Part shown: positions 53,350 through 64,000 of the stretch, piece by piece
Numbering within the stretch: the first letter of the stretch is position 1
Layout: the number at the start of each line of letters is the position of its first letter
From: Patescibacteria group bacterium
Lineage (GTDB): Bacteria; Patescibacteriota; Minisyncoccia; Phycocordibacterales; PALSA-1337
Assembly (NCBI GenBank): GCA_018970245.1
Contig: JAGWWT010000003.1
Location: 3,519-67,518, forward strand
DNA: 64,000 bases
Reading direction: 5' to 3'
Translations under genes and position numbers: made by a program
The notes under the pieces: generated by a model
Told to the model about the DNA's origin: nothing
What the model saw: the letters and a program-made list of their open reading frames with translations, nothing else
Database searches by the model: none

Positions 53350-55098
53350 CTACTCCGACACCACTCGCAACACTTCCTCGATCGTCGTTATCCCGGCCGC
53401 GCATTTGAATATGCCGTCTTCGAGCATGGTGAGCATGCCCTCTTTCTTGGCCTGATCTTCGATCTGCGCGGAGGTGGCATTCTTCATGATGAGGTCGCGT
53501 ATGGCCGGGGACATCTTTAGGACTTCATGCACTCCGCTCCGGCCCTTGAAACCGTCGTTGTCTCCGGCCGCCACCGGCTTCCAGAACGGGATATCGGCCC
53601 AGCCGTCTCCGGATTTGATTATCTTCTCCGCTTTCAAGGCTTCCAAGACTCGCGACAGATCCCCGAGCTTTTCGAGCTGGGCCAGCTCGGCCTTCGAAAG
53701 GGTGTATTTCTCCCTGGAATCCGTAAGCCTCCTCACGAGCCTCTGTCCGATCACGATATCTATGGTGGATGCGAGCAGGAACGGCTCGACCTTCATATCC
53801 AAGAGGCGCGGGATGGCTCCAGCGGCGGAATTGGTGTGCAAGGTCGAGAGCACTAGGTGGCCCGTGAGGGCCGCATTGACGGCCAAAGCGGCGGTCTCGT
53901 CGTCGCGGATCTCGCCGACCATGATTATGTCCGGGTCTTGTCGGACCAGAGTGCGTATGCCTTGGGCGAATGTGAAGCCGATCTCCGGCCTGACATTGGT
54001 CTGGTTGATGCGCGGCATCTGGTATTCGATCGGGTCCTCGATCGTCGAGATGTTCACGTCTGGCGTGTTCAGGATGTCGAGCATCGTATACAGCGTCGTC
54101 GTCTTTCCCGATCCGGTAGGGCCAGTGGTCAATATCATGCCTGTATCCTGCTTCAGGGCCCAATGGATGCGTTCCAGCGTCTCGCCGTGGAATGTCAGGA
54201 ATTCGAGAGTGTACCCGGAGATGGCGTCCCGCAATAGGCGCATGACGATCTTTTCGCCATAGTAAGTCGGCAGGATCGAGACGCGGAACGAGACTTTCTC
54301 ATCGGACATGTCGACTTTGAAGCGGCCGTCCTGTGGCAGGCGCTTCTCGTCGAGCTTGAGATTGGAAAGGACCTTTATGCGAGCGGAGACAGAGGGGCCG
54401 GCTTGGCGCGGCAGGACCATGGCATCGTGGAGGAGGCCATCTATGCGGTACCTGACGAGGACCTGGTCTTCCATGGGCTCGATATGGATGTCCGACGCGT
54501 TCTGGAGGATGGCGTGCTTGATCAATGTGTCGACGATGCGCACGACGGGCAGGTCTTCGGCGATCTTCTTGAGATCGGCCTCGGAAGCGGCTTCGCCCTT
54601 CTCCTCCGAAAGCATCTTGAGGGTCTCCGTCTCCTTCTGGATGATGTCGCCGAACTCCGCTTTGAGGCTCTTCTGGTACTGGACCAGCACTTCCTTTATG
54701 GAATCAGTGTCCGTGAGCCGAGGAAGGATCTTGAGGTTCACCTTCTTCTTTATGAAATCGATGGCCGAAAGGTCGTTCACGTCGAGCATGGCCACCTCGA
54801 GCGTCAGGTCCGTCTTCTTGAAAGCGACGATATTGTGGCTCCTGGCGATAGGCTCCGGGATGAGAGAAAGCGTCTCGAAAGGTATCTTCTTGTTCTTGAG
54901 GTCCACGAATGGGATGCCGAGGACATATGCCTGCATCCGCCTCAGGTTGTCAGCCGTGATCTTCCCAGCCTTGACCAGAACATCGCCAAGGCGCTTGTTC
55001 TTCTTTTCCGATTCGGCTTTGGCCGAATCCAGGTCCTCATGCGTGACCAACCCTGAATCGAGGATGAATTTGTAAAGCTGGGCGTCTTCGACGAACAT
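53350..55098 (-). CDS. pilB: Type IV pilus assembly ATPase (PilB/GspE)
   Basis: ASDIHIEP, RLPQDGR, GPTGSGKTTT, EDPIEY, RQDPDIIMVGEIRD, GHLVLSTLHTN. Confidence 0.95.
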   Translation of the reverse strand: MFVEDAQLYKFILDSGLVTHEDLDSAKAESEKKNKRLGDVLVKAGKITADNLRRMQAYVLGIPFVDLKNKKIPFETLSLIPEPIARSHNIVAFKKTDLTLEVAMLDVNDLSAIDFIKKKVNLKILPRLTDTDSIKEVLVQYQKSLKAEFGDIIQKETETLKMLSEEKGEAASEADLKKIAEDLPVVRIVDTLIKHAILQNASDIHIEPMEDQVLVRYRIDGLLHDAMVLPRQAGPSVSARIKVLSNLKLDEKRLPQDGRFKVDMSDEKVSFRVSILPTYYGEKIVMRLLRDAISGYTLEFLTFHGETLERIHWALKQDTGMILTTGPTGSGKTTTLYTMLDILNTPDVNISTIEDPIEYQMPRINQTNVRPEIGFTFAQGIRTLVRQDPDIIMVGEIRDDETAALAVNAALTGHLVLSTLHTNSAAGAIPRLLDMKVEPFLLASTIDIVIGQRLVRRLTDSREKYTLSKAELAQLEKLGDLSRVLEALKAEKIIKSGDGWADIPFWKPVAAGDNDGFKGRSGVHEVLKMSPAIRDLIMKNATSAQIEDQAKKEGMLTMLEDGIFKCAAGITTIEEVLRVVSE

Positions 55099-55246
55099 AT
55101 CGCTCCTATTGTACCAAAATCCGCGTCAAAATGGGCATGCCCAGGCATTGTTCATAGCCGGCTTTCAGATGAAAAAACCGCGAGCCAGAGAGGCCCGCGG
55201 GCGAAGCGCTGATGAAGCAAGCTGTTATCGGGACGTCAGGCAGACA

Positions 55247-55882
55247 TCACACCGGTTCCGATCCGTGCGGATGGTTCCAGAGGACCAGCCCGCACTCCTT
55301 CGGCACCTCTAGTCGCCTGGAATACACGTGGGCATGGACTTGGAAGTCGAACCCGTCCACAGGCCGGTGTATGGCCAGTATGCTGGGGACTTTGCGCGGG
55401 TCGTCCTCGAGCGGCTTATGGAGGACCAACAGCCACTCGAATCCGAGCGATTCCAGATCCGCGTCCGAGATCAGCAGCCTTAACGGCAGGCAGACCTCTG
55501 GGAACGGCAGGCTGAATCCGAGGACATCGGCCACGGCTTCGACGCTGTCGATGTCGAGCCGATCGTTCTCCAGCATCCCTACGGCCGGGAGGACGATAAG
55601 ATCATGATGGAACCAGCGTCCCATCATCTCTTTGTTCTCCGGCGTGACCTCTCCGAAACGAGGATGCGCGAATACGGCCTTTGCTTCTGGACTGACGCTG
55701 ACGCCATTCCTTGCCGCAAGCTCCAGGAGGGCGTCCCCCCGGAGCGGCAGCAAGCCTGCCGTCGGGACGCGCACAGACCATTGCCCGCGTATCTCAGACC
55801 AAATGCGGCAATCCTGGTGCCATAACCGCGCTCCTCGCACGGCTTTGCTCTCATCTGCTTCTAATGTGCTCATGATACTCAT
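55247..55882 (-). CDS. Hypothetical protein resembling a widespread Parcubacteria family
   Basis: 211-aa ORF, terminator-like hairpin near 55172-55200; PEVCL.LR...D.DLE.LG..W...HKP pattern recalled from CPR hypotheticals. Confidence 0.6.
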   Translation of the reverse strand: MSIMSTLEADESKAVRGARLWHQDCRIWSEIRGQWSVRVPTAGLLPLRGDALLELAARNGVSVSPEAKAVFAHPRFGEVTPENKEMMGRWFHHDLIVLPAVGMLENDRLDIDSVEAVADVLGFSLPFPEVCLPLRLLISDADLESLGFEWLLVLHKPLEDDPRKVPSILAIHRPVDGFDFQVHAHVYSRRLEVPKECGLVLWNHPHGSEPV

Positions 55883-56064
55883 CGTTACCTTTCGTTCTTC
55901 AGTCCTTGTACGGCAGCGATGACTTAATCAGGTCCATTGAACTGCGCCAACAGATCCAACGGATACTGCGTATAATTCTAACAGATCTGTCAAAAAGTCA
56001 AGGCCGGCGGATGCGTGAATAAGCTGTGGTTTTCATGTGAATAGCCGAGCCGCAGCCGGACCTC

Positions 56065-56092
56065 TTTACAAATTTAAAATTTGTGGTAATAT
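56065..56092 (+). promoter_or_regulatory. Putative promoter with operator palindrome
   Basis: TTTACA-N16-TAATAT; perfect ACAAATTT-A-AAATTTGT at 56068-56084. Confidence 0.6.
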
Positions 56093-56161
56093 CCATCGCG
56101 GCCCGCCTTCATAGGCGGAAAACAAAATAACGACAGAAAGTCAGAACATTGGAAATAAAGT

Positions 56162-57175
56162 ATGAGATCGAAAATCACTTCGGTATTGACAGCGGCCGTC
56201 TTAGCCGCGTCCGTGGCCCTGGCATTTAACGCCAAAGCTGATACTAACATGCAATATGTGGCTCGTCTCCGCCCTGGCGTGAACGTCAAGATGGAATGCG
56301 CCGTGCTGGAGAATCAAGCCATCTCTGCGGGACCGACGGTATTATGCATATCAGGGCTCGCCCACAATGGCGAAACATTCCGACAGCTCGCCGAAGACCT
56401 CATGGCCAAAGGCGCGAAGCGCGCCATCCTATTCGAGCTTCCAGGCCGTGAAGGCAGCGGTTTGCCATTCGGACGGAACGATGCGCCGGAGTTCGGCGAT
56501 CTGACCGTCGAGGATTATGCCAATGCAGTCATAGACTGCTTGACCCAGTGTGAGGAGCAGGGCACCCCTGTCTCGGTCATAGTCGCCCATTCTATGGGCG
56601 GTCTGATCGTCCAGGTCGCCCAGGAAAAGCTCCTGTCGAGCGGATCCTCGCTTCATTGCGCTTACGGCGTCAATGAAGCCGTACTGCTGTCCAGCGCCCC
56701 GCCGGCGGGAGTGGTCAACCCCGTATTCGAGGCTGGAGCAGGGACCCAGTTGGTCAACGCGTTCGCCACAGATGTACCAGGTCTAGGCCACATAGTCTAC
56801 GTGCCATCCTCCTACATCCCCCTGCTATTCATGTCCTATCCTCTATATCAGCCGGTGGCCGACGCGGTCTCCCAAGACCAACTCGACGCGCTAGCTCCTT
56901 ACGAGGAATCGTATGCGGCCTCGATAGAGACCGCTGGGCCGAGCTCAGAGCGGCCGACGGTGCGCGCCGGCGCTTTCTCTTCAGCCAATGGCACTGCGCT
57001 CCAAGTGATCGTCGGATCGGAAGACGTGTTCAACACGGCTTCCGTCCAGCAGTCCTTGTCTGACTATCTCACGGGCGCTTCGCAGCCGATCACCGTCATA
57101 TCCGCCGGTTCGCCGGTCCATGATCAGTACTGGACCGAACCCGATCAAGTGGCCGCCGCTATCGATCTGAACTAA
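56162..57175 (+). CDS. Secreted alpha/beta hydrolase (lipase/esterase-like)
   Basis: Signal peptide AKA-D, SGLAH, AHSMGG nucleophile elbow, GSED, C-terminal H. Confidence 0.8.
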   Translation: MRSKITSVLTAAVLAASVALAFNAKADTNMQYVARLRPGVNVKMECAVLENQAISAGPTVLCISGLAHNGETFRQLAEDLMAKGAKRAILFELPGREGSGLPFGRNDAPEFGDLTVEDYANAVIDCLTQCEEQGTPVSVIVAHSMGGLIVQVAQEKLLSSGSSLHCAYGVNEAVLLSSAPPAGVVNPVFEAGAGTQLVNAFATDVPGLGHIVYVPSSYIPLLFMSYPLYQPVADAVSQDQLDALAPYEESYAASIETAGPSSERPTVRAGAFSSANGTALQVIVGSEDVFNTASVQQSLSDYLTGASQPITVISAGSPVHDQYWTEPDQVAAAIDLN

Positions 57176-57206
57176 TCAGAGCGTCCTAACGCCATATCAT
57201 CCATAG

Positions 57207-57236
57207 CCCGTCTCGCTCCTCGAGACGGGTTTTTTC
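57207..57236 (+). terminator. Intrinsic terminator CCCGTCTCG-CTCCT-CGAGACGGG-TTTTTT
   Basis: GC stem plus T-run. Confidence 0.85.
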
Positions 57237-57311
57237 TTGCATTTTTCCATAGATATGGTATGCTTTGGTCCATCAAGCACATGTTCGCCGGAAAGCGGAC
57301 ATTTTTATTAG

Positions 57312-57382
57312 GTTACAGGTAGCAGGTAGAAAAATGCAACTTGTAACTTGTCACTTGCAACCTGCCACTTGTCGCCTGCAAC
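57312..57382. repeat. Heptamer array in the nusA leader
   Basis: gttacag gtagcag gtagaaaaa tgcaac ttgtaac ttgtcac ttgcaac ctgccac ttgtcgc ctgcaac. Confidence 0.88.
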
Positions 57383-57422
57383 TGTCGAAAATTTAATAAC
57401 AATCGAATAACAACTAAATATC

Positions 57423-58697
57423 ATGTTCGATCTAAAAGTCATCAATTCAGTAGTTGAGCAGCTCGAGGAAGAGCGCGGCATCCCGCGCGAGAAGACCCTC
57501 GAGGCCATCGCCATGGCTCTCGCGACCGCCTACAAGAAAGAGTACGGAAAGAAGGGCCAGATCGTCAGAGCGTCTTTCGACCAGAACTCCGGACAAGTCG
57601 AGTTTTGGCAGGTCAAGATCGTGGTCGACCGCGACCAGGTGATCATGGAGGGCGATGAGGAGATGGACCACACAGAGCTAAAGGACGCCAACGTCGAAGA
57701 CATAAAGATCCGCTTCAATCCCGAGCAGCACATGCTCATAGACGATGCCAAGAAGATAAAGCGCGACGCCCAGATCGGCGACGAGCTCGTCTTCCCGCTG
57801 GAGACCAAGGCTGATTTCGGCCGAATCGCCGCTCAGACAGCCAAGCAGATCATCATCCAGAAGATCCGCGAGGCCGAGAAGGTCTCGGTCATGGGCGAAT
57901 ATGGCGAAAAGGAGGGAGAGGTCGTAGCCGGCACCGTCGAGCGCGTCGAGCGCGGAACGGTCTACATAGACATGGGCCGGGCAGTGGGCATCATCCCTTA
58001 CGAAGAGCAGATCCCGAGCGAGCGCTGGAAGACCGGCGACCGCATCCGCGCCTATCTCTACGCCGTCGAAGAGACGCCGAAAGGCATCGTCCTCAAACTC
58101 TCCCGCGCTCATCCCAAATTCCTGGCCAAGCTCTTCGAGACCGAAGCGCCGGAGATCGCCGCAGGCACCGTCGAGATCAAAGCTATCGCCCGCGAGGCAG
58201 GCAGCCGCTCTAAGGTCGCCGTCGTATCTCATGATTCGCATATAGATCCTATCGGCTCCATGGTCGGCCAGCGCGGCGTCCGCGTCTCGACGGTCACGAG
58301 CGAGCTCTCCGGCGAAAAGATCGACATCGTCGAATGGAACGAAGACCCTGCTCTATTCATAGAAGAGGCCCTGTCCCCCGCTGAAGTCGTATCTCTCGAG
58401 CTCGATGAGAACGAGCATCGCGCGATCGTCACCGTCACTGAAGACGAGCAGTCGCTCGCCATCGGCAAGGGAGGCCAGAATGTGCGCCTCGCCGCCAAGC
58501 TCACCGGTTGGAAGATAGACATAAAATCCGCCGGCGATGAAGGCGAGGTGCTCGATGAAGGGGAGCCTGGAGAAGAGACGGCAGACGAAGCGGCCACGGA
58601 AGTCGTAGCCGAGATCGTAGCTGAAAAAGCTGAGAAAGCCGCGCAGGACAAAGGGCAGGCTGACGTTACGCCTCCCGCAGAAGGATCCAAGGAATAG
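57423..58697 (+). CDS. nusA: Transcription termination factor NusA
   Basis: FGRIAAQTAKQ, AREAGSRSKVAV, SLAIGKGGQNVRLAAKLTGWKIDI. Confidence 0.98.
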   Translation: MFDLKVINSVVEQLEEERGIPREKTLEAIAMALATAYKKEYGKKGQIVRASFDQNSGQVEFWQVKIVVDRDQVIMEGDEEMDHTELKDANVEDIKIRFNPEQHMLIDDAKKIKRDAQIGDELVFPLETKADFGRIAAQTAKQIIIQKIREAEKVSVMGEYGEKEGEVVAGTVERVERGTVYIDMGRAVGIIPYEEQIPSERWKTGDRIRAYLYAVEETPKGIVLKLSRAHPKFLAKLFETEAPEIAAGTVEIKAIAREAGSRSKVAVVSHDSHIDPIGSMVGQRGVRVSTVTSELSGEKIDIVEWNEDPALFIEEALSPAEVVSLELDENEHRAIVTVTEDEQSLAIGKGGQNVRLAAKLTGWKIDIKSAGDEGEVLDEGEPGEETADEAATEVVAEIVAEKAEKAAQDKGQADVTPPAEGSKE

Positions 58698-58702
58698 GTC
58701 AC

Positions 58703-60673
58703 ATGGCCAGACAACCCCATTCGCACCGAAGGAAGCCTTTTATCGGCGTCATCATGACGACTGGCAAAGGACTTGGATTCATCAATGATGAAGCCCGGCC
58801 TTTTCCCGAAGACATCCTCATCGAGGCGGGCGGCCTCGAGACGGCTTTGAACGGAGATACAGTCGAGTTCACAGTCCTTCCAAGGCGGCCGGGAATGATC
58901 CGCCAGACCGGCAAGGTAATCCGCGTGGTAAAGAGAGCCAAAACAATCTTCGTCGGCACCATCCAGCTCGAAAATCGGACCGCCGGCTTCTCGCCGGACG
59001 ACAACCGCGCATATACCGATTTCTTCGTGCCCGCGAACAAGCTGGGCGGCGCTAGGCACGGCGACAAGGTCCAGGCCAAGCTGGCCTCTTGGACCGACCC
59101 GAAGCGCCTCCCAACCGCCGAAGTCATCCGCGTCCTAGGCGCCAAGGGCGAGCACAACGTGGAGATGGAATCCATCGTGCTCGACAAAGGCTTCGATACC
59201 CGATTCCCGGCTCCAGTCCTCGATGAAGCGGCCGAGATCGAGCGGCGCAAGGCCGAGATCATGGCTCACGAGATCGCCACGATAGGCAAAGCTAATGGCC
59301 GCCGCGATCTCCGCGATGCGCTGACCTTCACGATCGATCCCGTCGACGCCAAAGACTTCGATGACGCTATCTCCTTCCGGGCTTTGCCAGGATCGCTCTA
59401 TGAGATCGGCGTCCACATCGCAGATGTTTCAGAGTATGTCCGAGAAGGATCGGCCCTCGACAAGGAGGCGCTCCATCGCGGCTCTTCCGTCTACCTCGTA
59501 GACCGCACCATACCCATGCTGCCTGAAGTGCTTTCGAACGACGTCTGCAGCCTGAATCCCGGCTCTGACAAGCTGGCATTCTCGGCTATCTTCACCATGG
59601 ACGCCCATGGCAAGATCCATGGCCGCTGGTTCGGCAAGACCATCATCAATTCGAACAAGCGGTTCACGTATGAAGAGGGTCAGGAGGTTCTGGATGGCAA
59701 GAAAGAGACCTACCGCGAAGAGCTCACAGCCCTGAACAAGCTGGCCAAGATCCTTCAAAAAGAGAAATTCGCCGCTGGCGCCATAGAGTTCGAGCAGGAC
59801 GAGATAAAATTCAAGCTCGACGCCGACAACAAGCCTATCGGCGTCTATCGAAAGGTCCGGACCGACATCCACAAGCTCGTGGAAGAATTCATGCTCCTCG
59901 CCAACCGCGAAGTCGCCAAGTTCACCTTCGATTCCATAAAGAAGAACGGCAACGGCCGTCAGACTGGCGCTATCTACCGCATCCACGATGTGCCGGACAA
60001 GGACAAGATCGTCGATCTCGGGATCCTAGTCCGCGCCCTCGGCCATTATTTCCCAGAGACTGGCGACATCAGTTCCAAAGAGCTGAGCGCCATGCTGAAG
60101 AGCATCGAAGGTGCCCCGGAAGCTTCGCTCATCAAGACCGCGGCCATCCGTTCCATGTCCAAAGCCATCTATTCGACCAAGAATATCGGCCATTTCGGTC
60201 TAGCATTCCCGTTCTATACGCATTTCACCTCTCCTATCCGTCGCTATCCGGACCTTCTGGTGCATCGCATATTAGCCAATCACCTGTATGTGAAGAGATT
60301 CGGCGATCGCGATCTAGCCCGATTCGACCAGATCGCCATGCGCTCTACAGAGCGCGAGATCGCCGCCGCCGAAGCCGAGCGCGCTTCGGTCAAATACAAG
60401 CAAGTAGAGTACATGCAAAGCCGCATCGGCGCCGAATTCGAAGGCACCGTGACCGGCGTCACCGAGTGGGGCATCTACATAGAAGAGAAAGGGACTAAGT
60501 GCGAAGGCATGGTCCCTCTACGGAGCCTCGACGATTTCTACGAGCTCGACAAGAAGAACTATTGTTTGGTCGGCCAGAAGACCAAAAAACGCTACCGCCT
60601 GGGCGACAGCGTCCGTTTCAATGTCATTTCCGCCGACTTGGAACGCAAGACGCTCGATTACGCCTTGGTGTAA
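58703..60673 (+). CDS. rnr: Ribonuclease R
   Basis: TIDPVDAKDFDDA, VHIADVS, EEFMLLAN, HFTSPIRRYPDL, S1 domain. Confidence 0.96.
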   Translation: MARQPHSHRRKPFIGVIMTTGKGLGFINDEARPFPEDILIEAGGLETALNGDTVEFTVLPRRPGMIRQTGKVIRVVKRAKTIFVGTIQLENRTAGFSPDDNRAYTDFFVPANKLGGARHGDKVQAKLASWTDPKRLPTAEVIRVLGAKGEHNVEMESIVLDKGFDTRFPAPVLDEAAEIERRKAEIMAHEIATIGKANGRRDLRDALTFTIDPVDAKDFDDAISFRALPGSLYEIGVHIADVSEYVREGSALDKEALHRGSSVYLVDRTIPMLPEVLSNDVCSLNPGSDKLAFSAIFTMDAHGKIHGRWFGKTIINSNKRFTYEEGQEVLDGKKETYREELTALNKLAKILQKEKFAAGAIEFEQDEIKFKLDADNKPIGVYRKVRTDIHKLVEEFMLLANREVAKFTFDSIKKNGNGRQTGAIYRIHDVPDKDKIVDLGILVRALGHYFPETGDISSKELSAMLKSIEGAPEASLIKTAAIRSMSKAIYSTKNIGHFGLAFPFYTHFTSPIRRYPDLLVHRILANHLYVKRFGDRDLARFDQIAMRSTEREIAAAEAERASVKYKQVEYMQSRIGAEFEGTVTGVTEWGIYIEEKGTKCEGMVPLRSLDDFYELDKKNYCLVGQKTKKRYRLGDSVRFNVISADLERKTLDYALV

Positions 60674-60773
60674 TAAAACTGAATCGATCCTCTGTCAAGC
60701 CTATCATTTGAGCCGTTTTCTGCTAGAATCGGCTTCATTACGCGACTTTATTAGATTTTAAGACTTTGACTTT

Positions 60774-62762
<1,989 letters not shown>

Positions 62763-62787
62763 CCTAGATCATCGATCTTGGTTATAT

Positions 62788-62825
62788 AAACAAAAAGGCC
62801 GTTCACAGAGCGGCTTTTTTGTTTT
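62788..62825 (+). terminator. Bidirectional terminator after hppA
   Basis: AAACAAAAAGGCCGTTC...GAGCGGCTTTTTTGTTT. Confidence 0.75.
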
Positions 62826-62889
62826 GGAGTTTTTATATATAATGCTTATGCCCATGATATACATGGACATTATTGACTAATCCTAAAAT

Positions 62890-63864
62890 ATGAAGAAAAG
62901 CTATCTTATATTAGGCATCGCCGCGCTGGCATTAGCTGCCATCCCAGCGATATCTAGCGCCCAAGAAGACCAGGGCGGAGAAACCGGATCATCTGCAGCC
63001 GTCTCTGAGAATGCCCCTCAGAACATCCGCCAGCAGATCCGTCAGGATTACCAGCAGCACATGGAGAACGCCCGCAACAACCAGACCAGCAGGAACGCCA
63101 TGCTCGAGGATCGCCGCTTCGCTTCAACCAGCACTTCGACCATGCTGCGCGGACGCGAAAACGGGATCATGAGGAGCGAAACAGAGGGCAACGGCTCATC
63201 GACCGAGAATGGCGCCCCCGGACGCGGCGAGCAGAACCGCATAAGGAAGGACGTCTTCGAGCACCGGCTCGGGAATCTGATCGACCAATTGAACCGGGCC
63301 TTGAACAATCTCGAACAGATCAGGAACCGCATCGCCGATCGGATCCAAACGGCGGCACAGAGCGGCCGTAACATGACCAACGCCAAGAGCCTGCTCGTCG
63401 TAGCCGATGCCAAGCTCGCAGCCGCAAAGGCGGCCGTAGCCAGCCTGTCATCTCTTTCGTCGACCCCAGTGATCTCAGCCAGCTCGACAGCCACGTCGAC
63501 CGCCTCTACAACCGGTCCGATGGTCGACCTCAGCCGCCCGCGCCAGGCCGGCGCAGCCGCCATCCAAGCCGTTAAGGATGCTCAGAGGGCTTTGGTCGCG
63601 GTCGTCATATCCATAGCGCATTCAATGGGCCTTAAGATCGGGCAAGATGGCGCCATAGAGGCTTCGCCTACGCCTTCCCCGTCCGTATCAGCGTCTCCGA
63701 GCCCGTCATCTTCGCCTTCGCCTACAGCGACGGCTTCGCCCAGCCCGTCTCCTAGCTCGTCCCCTAGCCCATCTGCCAGCCCGTCGCCGACCGATTCAGC
63801 AAGCCCATCTCCAACGGCCAGCCCGTCGCCGACCGATTCTGCCACCCCCACATCCACTCCTTAA
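62890..63864 (+). CDS. Secreted coiled-coil protein with C-terminal Ser/Pro/Thr repeat tail
   Basis: Signal peptide SSA-QE; helical middle; about 65 aa of (SP/TP)n. Confidence 0.7.
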   Translation: MKKSYLILGIAALALAAIPAISSAQEDQGGETGSSAAVSENAPQNIRQQIRQDYQQHMENARNNQTSRNAMLEDRRFASTSTSTMLRGRENGIMRSETEGNGSSTENGAPGRGEQNRIRKDVFEHRLGNLIDQLNRALNNLEQIRNRIADRIQTAAQSGRNMTNAKSLLVVADAKLAAAKAAVASLSSLSSTPVISASSTATSTASTTGPMVDLSRPRQAGAAAIQAVKDAQRALVAVVISIAHSMGLKIGQDGAIEASPTPSPSVSASPSPSSSPSPTATASPSPSPSSSPSPSASPSPTDSASPSPTASPSPTDSATPTSTP

Positions 63865-63888
63865 CCATTATCAATAAACAAAAAATCA

Positions 63889-64000
63889 ATGGAGCCAAAC
63901 CAGCAGTCACCTATTAATAGCAGCGCGCCGTCGAATATGCCGGGACAGGCCGGAGCGCCGATGGGCCACGACCACAACGGCCAGAAGAAAGTCGGCCCGA
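63889..64000 (+). CDS. Hypothetical protein, N-terminus only
   Basis: MEPNQQSP...KKVGP, open to the window end; A-rich leader. Confidence 0.5.
   Translation, partial: MEPNQQSPINSSAPSNMPGQAGAPMGHDHNGQKKVGP

Noticed and set aside
55247-57175. Complete diversity-generating retroelement
   Set aside because: No reverse transcriptase, Avd or TR/VR pair seen in the window

Overview
This window looks like a Patescibacteria (CPR, probably Parcubacteria) chromosome segment. The inference rests on three things: rpmD/L30 is absent between rpsE and rplO, EF-Tu has DAPGH in place of DCPGH, and the type IV pilus/ComEC/peptidoglycan-binding surface-protein repertoire is typical of the group. Bases 1-39.4 kb hold the str-S10-spc ribosomal superoperon on the minus strand (rpsL to adk/map), split by five gene insertions: ORF6N plus small ORFs, three paralogous surface proteins, an 11 kb nested MacAB-like island, an orphan histidine kinase, and an L,D-transpeptidase/D,D-carboxypeptidase fusion. 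Bases 39.6-64 kb hold a site-2 protease, rpmB, a split ComEC interrupted by sod, rnhA, recJ, HIT, SPFH, pgk, tpiA, four minor pilins, pilC, pilB, nusA, rnr, hppA and secreted hypotheticals. No rRNA, tRNA, CRISPR array or transposase was recognised. The most interesting signals are: (1) both ComEC halves share a promoter with four 11-bp-phased direct repeats in PhoP/PhoB-box geometry, a candidate competence regulon; (2) a near-identical promoter copy restarts the S10 operon at two break points; (3) palindromic heptamer arrays and AAAGTC arrays fill ribosomal gene junctions and often supply the stop codon; (4) at least 12 genes appear leaderless; (5) EF-Tu looks chimeric, with a Planctomycete/Opitutae-type switch I. 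All calls come from reading the sequence by eye; no searches were run.
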